Shown: one piece after another, positions 7,750 to 16,500 of the stretch
Position numbering within the stretch: the stretch's first letter is position 1
Layout of the letters: each line of letters begins with the position of its first letter
From: a bacterium
Lineage (GTDB): Bacteria; Patescibacteriota; Minisyncoccia; JAHIHE01; JAGLIN01
DNA: 46,458 bases
Reading direction: 5' to 3'
Assembly (NCBI GenBank): GCA_030638825.1
Contig: DAOWDU010000014.1
Span: 1 to 46,458, forward strand
The notes under the pieces: generated by a model
Told to the model about the DNA's origin: nothing
The model's input: the letters and a program-made list of their open reading frames with translations, nothing else
Database searches by the model: none
Translations under genes and position numbers: made by a program

Positions 7750-9174
7750 TTAAATCTTTGATATTGAATATTTAATATTTTCTAAAATAATCTTAATTTT
7801 TTTCTCAAAACAAGACTTAAATTCTTTCTCGCTTTCCATTATGCCATAATTAACCTGCACATTTGCGTATTCTATATCAGGACTTACAACACGACCTTTT
7901 AAGGAGCATTGAATTAAAAACTCAGTTTTATTTAAACGCCTATTACTACAATACGCTTCCCCTTTAAAAACTAATCTATTTTTCTTAATTTCATAAATTC
8001 CAGATTTCAAACTTTTTGTTATTTTGATTGGATTATTTCTTGTGTTTCTTAGGATTAATTGCGAGGCGTTAAAAAATTTTAATTCGTCGCAAGTAGAGAA
8101 CAGGCATGCCTGTTCCCTACTTTTAAAACTCATAAATTCTAAAATATGCGAAAGCAAAAATGGCACTTCTTTATTTTGAATTTGCAATTTTGTAAAAAGC
8201 GACATTGAACCGATAATGCGAGGATTAATTTCGATAAGATTGATACTTCCAGAAGCTGAGCTTCCTATAGGAAGCTCAGCTTCTTCTCTTTTATTATCAC
8301 CCACCACAAAATCCAAACCAAAAATTCCTTTATAATTTAAACTTTTTATATAATCTCCAACTTTTTTTGTATAATCAAAAATCTTTTTTCTTTGCTCTTT
8401 CTTAAGTTTCTTGGGATAAACATAATCATTCCCACAAGTGCCAAATTTATTTTTATTATAAGCGCTCAATCCTGTAATCTGAAATATCGGCTGGCTGACT
8501 AATATTTTATTTTTGGTGACACAAGCGTTTATTGTATATGTTTCACCCTCTAAATATTTTGATAATTTAGCTTTTCTATTTTTATATTTTTTTAATATTT
8601 CAGCAAAATCAGTTTTACTTTTAATCAAAAAAGTAGCATTCCCAGAAAATCCTCTGGGAAGTTGAATAACAAATTTGTTCTTTTTAGAAAAGTCTAAAGA
8701 ACATTTATTTTCATCTAATTTAATTACTCCACTCTCCGCATTTGGAATTTTTAATTTCTCTGCTATTTTAATAAACTTAATTTTATCTTCTAAATCTCTG
8801 CTTAATTTCCAGCTATTACCCAGATAATTAAACTCGTTGTCATCACATATTTTCTGAATCATCGGACTCGGCTTGAACGATATAATATTCGCTTTTTGAT
8901 TTTTTGATTTTTCTTTAATATATTCAATTACTTTTTTATTCATCAAAATTTTCCCAGCGTTTTTTATTTCATTGTTATCCAAACATAAAACAGTTACATT
9001 ATTTTCTTTAAAATAACTCACAACATCGGCTTTCTGCGAACAGATTACGAAATAATTCTGAACAGCTTTTTCCAATCCAATTGCATAAATTGGATTTGGG
9101 GTGATGAAAAAGATAGGATTATTAATCTTAATTGTAGTTAATTTTTTCATTTTTTTATAATTATTGAAATACAT
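7750..9174 (-). CDS. ATP-grasp domain protein
   Basis: LEDKIKF, YKGIFGLDFVV and LIEINPR motifs. Start may be the ATG at 9150. Confidence 0.8.
   Translation of the reverse strand: MYFNNYKKMKKLTTIKINNPIFFITPNPIYAIGLEKAVQNYFVICSQKADVVSYFKENNVTVLCLDNNEIKNAGKILMNKKVIEYIKEKSKNQKANIISFKPSPMIQKICDDNEFNYLGNSWKLSRDLEDKIKFIKIAEKLKIPNAESGVIKLDENKCSLDFSKKNKFVIQLPRGFSGNATFLIKSKTDFAEILKKYKNRKAKLSKYLEGETYTINACVTKNKILVSQPIFQITGLSAYNKNKFGTCGNDYVYPKKLKKEQRKKIFDYTKKVGDYIKSLNYKGIFGLDFVVGDNKREEAELPIGSSASGSINLIEINPRIIGSMSLFTKLQIQNKEVPFLLSHILEFMSFKSREQACLFSTCDELKFFNASQLILRNTRNNPIKITKSLKSGIYEIKKNRLVFKGEAYCSNRRLNKTEFLIQCSLKGRVVSPDIEYANVQVNYGIMESEKEFKSCFEKKIKIILENIKYSISKI
8091..8122. repeat. GTAG-tagged REP-like palindrome inside a CDS
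   Basis: AAGTAGAGAACAGGCA|TGCCTGTTCCCTACTT, one mismatch; translated as KSREQACLFST. Confidence 0.8.
8251..8284. repeat. Perfect 34-bp palindrome inside a CDS
   Basis: AGAAGCTGAGCTTCCTA|TAGGAAGCTCAGCTTCT; translated as EAELPIGSSAS. Confidence 0.9.
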
Positions 9175-9208
9175 ATTAAGTATTCAAACAAAACTACTAA
9201 ATACTATC

Positions 9209-9246
9209 CATAGCCTCTTTCTCACGGCCGTGAGAAAGAGGCTATG
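9209..9246. repeat. Perfect 38-bp CGGCCG-centred palindrome (solo copy 1)
   Basis: CATAGCCTCTTTCTCACGG|CCGTGAGAAAGAGGCTATG; identical at 30905-30942. Confidence 0.95.
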
Positions 9247-9279
9247 CTTGATATTTAAAATTAAATACAATCCTAATTT

Positions 9280-10290
9280 CTAATTTCCATTCATTTTTCC
9301 ATTTATTATCTCATCCATCTCCCCAAAACTCTCCGCCTCATAAATTTTGCCCTCATCAATCTTATCATAATTATTTCTTACCCTTCCTGATAAAATACAA
9401 ACAGTTTTTTTAAATTTATTTTCTTTGCTTGTTTTTATAACTCCCGCGAAACTCGCGCATCCTTCAGGAGAAGTGTAAATTTTATTATTTTTCAAAATAT
9501 TTTCTGCTTCTAAAATTTCATTGTTATTTACATAAATACTGCTTCCCTCGCTTAATTTTATCAATTCCAAAATTTCTTTCTTTCTTCTGGTGTTTTTTAT
9601 TCCTAATTTTCCAGCAATAGAAAGTTCGTCTTTATTTTGAACCGCATATAACTTTGGCATTTTTTTTATTTCTTTATTTTCCAATAAATACTGCCATGCT
9701 CTGCCAATTCCGACGAATGAACTGCCACTTGTGACAAAAGTAAAAATTGCGTCAACCCTACCTAAATCTTCAAATATTTCAAAAGCGATAGATTTAAATC
9801 CTTCAATTGAAGAATTATTTACGGACGGTCTCAAATTTTCTATTTTGTATTTTGCGGATAAATAATTCGCTAATCTGATTGCTCGTTTTGATTTTATAAT
9901 CACAGGATTATATTTCTGCATTTCCGCTATTTTCGCTTTTTCTGTTTCGGGCGAGATAAAAATATATAATTTTATTCCCGCTTTCTGACAATACGCCGCC
10001 GCCGCGATTCCCGCATTCCCTGAAGTTGAAATTACTAATTTTTTTTTCTTATTTTGTTTCGCCAGTGAAACCTGGTAAGCCAAACTTCTATCTTTTAATG
10101 ATCCGCAAATATTTTCATCCTCTCGTTTAAAATATAAATGATTATAGTTCGACAAGCTCACTATGACACTATTGTCATCCTGAGCTTGTCGAAGGATCAA
10201 CCTATTTTCCATTTCTATAAACTCATCATAAAAATCGGCATATCGCCAAACGCCTTTTTCTTGTTTATTGATTTTACTTTGAAAACTCAT
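9280..10290 (-). CDS. Fold-type II PLP-dependent enzyme (threonine synthase-like)
   Basis: FKREDENICGSLKDR (PLP lysine), STSGNAG, GFKSIAFEIFEDL and SPEG motifs. Confidence 0.85.
   Translation of the reverse strand: MSFQSKINKQEKGVWRYADFYDEFIEMENRLILRQAQDDNSVIVSLSNYNHLYFKREDENICGSLKDRSLAYQVSLAKQNKKKKLVISTSGNAGIAAAAYCQKAGIKLYIFISPETEKAKIAEMQKYNPVIIKSKRAIRLANYLSAKYKIENLRPSVNNSSIEGFKSIAFEIFEDLGRVDAIFTFVTSGSSFVGIGRAWQYLLENKEIKKMPKLYAVQNKDELSIAGKLGIKNTRRKKEILELIKLSEGSSIYVNNNEILEAENILKNNKIYTSPEGCASFAGVIKTSKENKFKKTVCILSGRVRNNYDKIDEGKIYEAESFGEMDEIINGKMNGN
10148..10197. repeat. Inverted pair of TGTC-tagged REP-like units inside a CDS
   Basis: TTCGACAAGCTCACTATGACA-ctat-TGTCATCCTGAGCTTGTCGAAGGAT; translated as ILRQAQDDNSVIVSLSN. 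Confidence 0.85.
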
Positions 10291-10328
10291 ATCTTTATTC
10301 TAATTTATTGAATGGGTTTGGTCAATGT

Positions 10329-10360
10329 AAAAAAGCTCATCCCGACAGGATGAGCTTTTT
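10329..10360 (-). terminator. Intrinsic terminator at the end of the surface-protein cluster
   Basis: AAAAAGCTCATCC-cgaca-GGATGAGCTTTTT hairpin with A/T tracts. Confidence 0.8.
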
Positions 10361-10378
10361 AAAACACTCTATCATAAC

Positions 10379-13300
10379 TTATTTTGTCTCCCCTTTCCCT
10401 TTTCTTCTATAAAAGAAATACCAAGCGCCACCGGCAATAATTATGACAATAATCAAGAACGCGGGCAGATATTTTGAATATCTGTCGCCAGCGTATTCGC
10501 TGTCATCACCATTTTTTTCCTGAATATCCTGAATTGTAATTTCGCTTTTGTCTTCAGTTTCAGTTGTTTTTGTTTCGGTCACATCTTTATCTTCGACTGT
10601 TTCGTCTTTGTTTTCATCTTCGGCTTTATCTTCTTCATCTTCAACTCCGCCTACTCTGCCATATTCATCTTCCCCGTTTCCAGTTTCAGAATCTTCGCCA
10701 TCATCATCAGACATTTCAACGCTCTCGCTTAATATATCAGACATTCTCTCGCTAAATAACGCGACTTCCGCTTCTTGCTCTGCGGTTAGAGGGAATTCTC
10801 TCTGGCAATAAAGTTCGTTGATCTTTTTCTTTGTCGTAATATAGACATAACCAGTCGCTTTGTTATGGCTCCATGGGGAAAGAACATCATTTAAATATTT
10901 TTCCTGAAATCGAGAGACGGCATCAAAATCAACTTGTTCATAAATACCATTTACAAGAAGGTTTTCGCCTTCAAATTCATTCAAAAATCGTTCTACTTTT
11001 TCCACTTCAACGGGATTATTATCAGCGCCTAATTTGATATATTCCAGTAAATAATTACATTCTTCTGGAGGCGGTATCGGCGCTTCCGTTCCTTTTACTT
11101 CTCCCTCTTCAAAAACACAAAATACTTCATCGCCAACAACTTCCTCGCTGCCATTTCTATCCGCGACTGGTCTGAAATAATGCATCGCGCCATCTGTTAA
11201 TCCTGTAATCGTGACGCTATGTTCTTCATACATACTTCCTGATTCTTCATTGACAGAATTATATCCATATCCTGGCGCGTCGCCAAGATTTTCCGTATCT
11301 ACTGAATTATCATCATAAGCGACTTGATTAGTCGTGGTAATATTTGTCTTCCATGTTATCAACGCTTCGCCACTTTCTAAACAATCCGCTTTCTCGTCTG
11401 TTATTTTTATAACTGTTGGCGGTGTCCATCCACCACCACCTCCGCCGCCGCCGCCACACGAACCACAATCCTGCGGACAAGTGGAGCAAGTTTCGTTATT
11501 ATTACAAGTACCGTCTCCGCAATAAGGACTCGGCTCGTTATACTCATCATCATCTTCCGGGTCATAACTCTCCTCATTATTTACATCTCCGTCTGAATGA
11601 CAGCCCGGATCATCCGCATCGGTTAGTCCATCTTCGTCATCATCTAAGCCATTATTACATATAGCGTTAATAATGCATTGATTAGAACAATAAGCGTTAT
11701 CGCCATTATTTTCTCCTTCATCGCACTCCTCGTTATTTTCTTCATCTAAGACTCCATCGCCGCAATAAGATTCCACGATATTGATTATACATTCATTTGA
11801 GCATTCATCATCATCTATACTATTTCCGTCATCACAATCTTCGTCACCATTTTCAATTCCATCTCCGCAATATGGTCCAATTAGTTTTATCGTTTGACAA
11901 GAGCTTGAACAATAATCACAACTATCACCATAAACAGGATTACACTCAACGCCATTATAATCTCCATCATCACATTCCTCATCATTATCTTCATTTATAA
12001 TTCCGTCGCCGCAGTATGATTGGGGAGTCTCAATAAAAACGCACTCGACAGTGCAATTTGCCGATCCATCTGGTCCATCATCACATTGCTCATATCCGTC
12101 GTCTTGCGGACCGCCAGTTTCTTCGTCATTTGGCATTTGTTCAATTCCGTCGCCGCAATAAGTCAGATCGTTCAATGTACATTCATTTGAACAAGATTGA
12201 TGATCTCCAATTCCTTCCTGCCCATCGCATTCTTCGCCATCTTCCACAACGCCGTTTCCGCAATAAGAATTAAATAAATAATTACCAAAATCATAATTTT
12301 CTAAATTCTGCCCTTCAGGCAAAATGATATTTTGATATGAACCGCTAACTGGATAAGTCTGATTAAAAACATCTACTCCTGCTTTACCGCCCTCGTTAAT
12401 TTCATAAGTTCCAGGCAACAATCCCGAGAATTGATAACAGCCGTTTTCATCAGTTAATTGCGCGGCGTTAGAATGCCCACTTAAAATTATTTCCCAGTCA
12501 GGAATAGTTATAGTTTCATCATCTACATTTCCATCATTATCCGTATCTTCGTATTTACATCCGGAGACAGAACCATACTCGCACAACTGTTGAGAAATTT
12601 CTGTGTAGATAGTTGTGAGATCTCCGCTACTTGGCGCATAATAATAACCAGGAGAACCATCTCCTTTTTTAGCGCCAGTGATACTAGCAATCTCAGTTAG
12701 CATCGCAGTATTAATATCGCTTCCCAAACCAATCGTAAATATTTTATATCCTGCGCTCGCCGCAGCACTCGCCGCACTCAAAGCATGTTGTTTATTAGCT
12801 TCATTAACTGCATCATCATCTTCAATATAACGACCGCATTCATAATATTTAAGCTCATTATAATAAGGACAAGTCACTCTTCCGTCTGTCAAAAGAATAG
12901 CCACTTTCACCGCTTGTGGATTTGCTCTTACTGATCCTAATTCTGCGTTAGAAAAATAAATTGCATCTCCAATATTAGTTCCTCCGTCAGCATCTAAACT
13001 ATCAACGGCTAATTGAGTTTCTGCGTGATTATTAGATAACTCCTTATCTATCGGAAAAGTTGCTTCGCTTGCGTACGAAACCAGCGCTGACTGATCACCT
13101 GCTTTTAAATTGTCAATAAAACTATTTGCCGCATTCTGCGCGTTCGTTAATGGCTGAGCGGGACTCACACCGTCATCGTTCATACTACCCGACCGATCTA
13201 TTATCATTACCACATCAACAGCTGCCTCGCACATTTGCTGATTATCTCCCTCCGCTTTTAAAACATCTCCTCCAGGAGTAAGCACTCCTGCCATCGCTAT

Positions 13301-13381
13301 ATTCAGCAGCAACGCGATCATACTAAAGAAAGCTATTTTTTGATTAATCCCCTCTTTTGATTTTTTGTTAATTTTCATCAT
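10379..13381 (-). CDS. Membrane-anchored surface protein: vWA, SdrD-B-like, Cys-rich DUF4215-type repeats, FN3-like, peptidoglycan-binding-like domain, C-terminal TM
   Basis: Signal peptide, MIDAS DRSGSM and LLTDG, CG[DN]G...E.CD.G repeats, acidic linker, TM followed by RRKGK. Confidence 0.85.
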   Translation of the reverse strand: MMKINKKSKEGINQKIAFFSMIALLLNIAMAGVLTPGGDVLKAEGDNQQMCEAAVDVVMIIDRSGSMNDDGVSPAQPLTNAQNAANSFIDNLKAGDQSALVSYASEATFPIDKELSNNHAETQLAVDSLDADGGTNIGDAIYFSNAELGSVRANPQAVKVAILLTDGRVTCPYYNELKYYECGRYIEDDDAVNEANKQHALSAASAAASAGYKIFTIGLGSDINTAMLTEIASITGAKKGDGSPGYYYAPSSGDLTTIYTEISQQLCEYGSVSGCKYEDTDNDGNVDDETITIPDWEIILSGHSNAAQLTDENGCYQFSGLLPGTYEINEGGKAGVDVFNQTYPVSGSYQNIILPEGQNLENYDFGNYLFNSYCGNGVVEDGEECDGQEGIGDHQSCSNECTLNDLTYCGDGIEQMPNDEETGGPQDDGYEQCDDGPDGSANCTVECVFIETPQSYCGDGIINEDNDEECDDGDYNGVECNPVYGDSCDYCSSSCQTIKLIGPYCGDGIENGDEDCDDGNSIDDDECSNECIINIVESYCGDGVLDEENNEECDEGENNGDNAYCSNQCIINAICNNGLDDDEDGLTDADDPGCHSDGDVNNEESYDPEDDDEYNEPSPYCGDGTCNNNETCSTCPQDCGSCGGGGGGGGGWTPPTVIKITDEKADCLESGEALITWKTNITTTNQVAYDDNSVDTENLGDAPGYGYNSVNEESGSMYEEHSVTITGLTDGAMHYFRPVADRNGSEEVVGDEVFCVFEEGEVKGTEAPIPPPEECNYLLEYIKLGADNNPVEVEKVERFLNEFEGENLLVNGIYEQVDFDAVSRFQEKYLNDVLSPWSHNKATGYVYITTKKKINELYCQREFPLTAEQEAEVALFSERMSDILSESVEMSDDDGEDSETGNGEDEYGRVGGVEDEEDKAEDENKDETVEDKDVTETKTTETEDKSEITIQDIQEKNGDDSEYAGDRYSKYLPAFLIIVIIIAGGAWYFFYRRKGKGETK

Positions 13382-13393
13382 AAGCAAAGTTTA

Positions 13394-13416
13394 ATTGATT
13401 AAATATATAGAAAGTT
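13394..13416 (-). promoter_or_regulatory. 23-bp 5'-UTR motif shared by the two vWA paralogues (copy 1)
   Basis: ATTGATTAAATATATAGAAAGTT is identical at 18226-18248. Confidence 0.6.
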
Positions 13417-13512
13417 TGTTATTTTCAAATTTTATGTAAAAACAAAAAACACACCCCCTCCCAAGAGTTTGTTTTTTTATTTTTGTTTTTATTTTTTACT
13501 CAACCCAATCTC

Positions 13513-13546
13513 GGAACCAAGTTCCGTAGACACGGAACTTGGTTCC
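13513..13546. repeat. REP-like hairpin
   Basis: GGAACCAAGTTCCGT-agac-ACGGAACTTGGTTCC, 15-bp perfect arms, directly after a stop codon. Confidence 0.85.
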
Positions 13547-13560
13547 TGTTGTTTTTATTT

Positions 13561-16500
13561 CTACATACTATTCGCGCTTCCCGGCGTTCCTCGCTCCACC
13601 GCATTATCATTATCATCCCAGCCAGTTTTGGTCAAGGCTGTAAACCAACTACTCGCTGAAGTTCCATCTACTGTATTATTTATTCTGGACATTGATTTTT
13701 TATCTCCGTTATCTCCCGCTAATGGCGCGCCTGCTCCATCATCAGCTACATCAATTGGATTATTATTACTACTTTCCGTATCATAAAGCTTATATTGAAC
13801 TGCGGAACTAGGAAGAGAAATTGCTGAATCTATAAAATCAGGGGCAACATTTAAAACTGATTCTCCACCAGTAAACATATGATCTTCGCCATTATTAGAA
13901 ATAAGGAAATAGTCATCTGCTTCAAGTATTCCAGTGTTAATCACAAGCATGGGCGAGTCATTCTTATATATTGACCACGGAGTATCGCTGAAATTAATTT
14001 CAAGAGATGTCATATTTCTCAATTCAATCCACTCGTCGCTTGAAGAAACAGACGATCCCATCCACATTAATTCATTAATAATCACATCGCCTACGCTAAT
14101 ACTACTACTATTTTCCGTTTCACAAATAGCGCTACAGCCATCACCATTTTCTGTGTTTCCATCATCGCACTCTTCATCACCTTCCATGACACCATCGCCA
14201 CAAACAGTCTCCCCTTCTTCAATTACACACAAACTTGAGCATCCATCGCCATCATCTAAATTTCCATCATCACATTCCTCGCCACCTTCCATAACGCCAT
14301 CGCCGCAAATATATTCGTCTTCCCCGCAACTATCATTTTGAGCTCCTGGCGTTCCTAAATTGTTATTACTATAAGAAGATGTTGAAACGCACCAATTGGA
14401 CCCAATATTATTATCGTTAAGCGGATCATTTAAAATCATAGAGGCGCCGTTAGGATCTGGAAATTCTAGTCCTCCGTCATATTCTACCCTATCAATTTCT
14501 ACACTATTACAAATTAAAATAATTTCATCATCTGTGTTTCCTAAAGTGAAACTATAAACATAATCAGGAGTTATACCGTCATTTATTAAGGGATCAATAT
14601 TTTTAGCAAGCACTGCGTATCCGTTTGCTGGAATAATTAGCGCTTCTCCGATTACATGCGGGTCGCTTCCGTTGTCACCGATAGTGCATCCCTCCAAATC
14701 AAGATCACTGCCAGTCGTATTATATAGTTCAAACCATTCGCCATTGGCATCAGAAACAACATCAGGATTCTGCATAATTTCATTAATCACAATATCACCC
14801 GCGCCGATACTGTCGTCATCCTCTAATTCACAGATAGCACTACATCCATCGCCATTTTCCACATTTCCGTCGTCGCATTCTTCATCTCCCTCTCGTACGC
14901 CATCTCCGCAAACAGGTGCGCTACTTTCAATATTACAAACAGCGGAACAGCCATCACCGTCTTCAGTATTTCCATCATCGCATTCTTCATCACCTTCCAT
15001 AACGCCATCGCCACAAATATATTCATCTCCTCCACAGCTATCATTCTGAATTCCCGGCGTTCCCAGATCGCCATTGCTATAGGAAGATGTTGAAAGACAC
15101 CAGTTGGCAAAATCATTATTGTCATTGGCTGGATTATTTAGAATTATAGAAGCGCCGACTCCCTCTGTCCAGCTACTTTCCTCATCATAATTCACTCTGT
15201 TAATTTCTACACTGTCGCAAGTCAAAACAATTTCATCTTCATCGTTTCCTAAAGTAAAACTAGCGTAAACATAATTAGAAATTACACCGCCGTTTTCTTC
15301 GGTATTTCCATTCTTGGCAAGCACCGCGTATCCGTTTGCCGGAACTATTAGAGATTCTCCGATTGGATGAGAATTACTGCCGTCATCAGAAATAATGCAT
15401 CCTTCTAATTCAATGTCGCTACCAGTTGTATTATATACTTCAAACCATTCGCCATTCGCGTCACTTACGGCTGTAGAATCATACATAATTTCATTGATAA
15501 CTACATCATCTAATAATATTGCTACGGAATCATCACTGTCCCCATCTCCGCCATCATTACTTTCTGTTTTACAATCAAAACTGCATCCATCGCCGTCTTC
15601 TGTATTTCCGTCATCGCATTCTTCGCCATCGTCCTCAATTCCATTTCCGCAAATCGGAAAATAATTCCCAAAATCATAGCCGACTTCTTCTTCTCCATCT
15701 TCTAAAATAATATCGTAAGACAATGTCTGCGGATAAGTCTGAATAAAATTAAGACCCTGATTATTCGCTTCTGATACAGTATAATTTCCGCCTGATAATC
15801 CTGTAAAAGAATAACAACCATCGCCATTAGTTAATTGCGTTAACTCTGCGTCTCCGCTTAAACTTATTTCCCAGTCAGACAAAGTCAATTCGCCAAAGAT
15901 CTCACCATCATTATTTGAGTCTTCATATTTACATCCGGAAATAGAACCGTACTGGCAAATCTCATAAGCAATTTCGCTGAATATTTCTTCCAGTTCATCA
16001 GCAGTTGGCGCGTTGTAATATTGAGCGCCAGTGTCAGCAGCGATATTCTGAAGCATTACCTCGTTAATATCATTTCCCAAACCAATCGTAAATATTTTAA
16101 TTCCGGATAGAGCGGCCTCCGCGGCCTTTTCTACGGCATAGGCGACATCAGCTGGATTTTCATTAAAACCATCTCCATTTGGTTTGTTTGCTAATCCATC
16201 AGTCAAAAGTATTTCTATCTTTAGAACATCTTCAGCGCTGCTTGAAAATTCATCATTAGCAAGTCCAATCGCGTCTCCTATGTTCGTCGCTCCAGACGCT
16301 GCTAAACTACTTATCGCTGTTTGAGTGATGAGGTGATCGTTAGAAAAAGGCTTGTTTAAATTAGCTGTTGTGCTAAATGAAACCAAGGCCGAGCGATCGT
16401 CAGAACCTAATTTTCCCACAAAACTGTTTGCCGCGATTTTTGCCTGGCCGAGACGAGTAGGGATTTCCCAACCCATACTTCCAGAGCGATCTACTATAAC

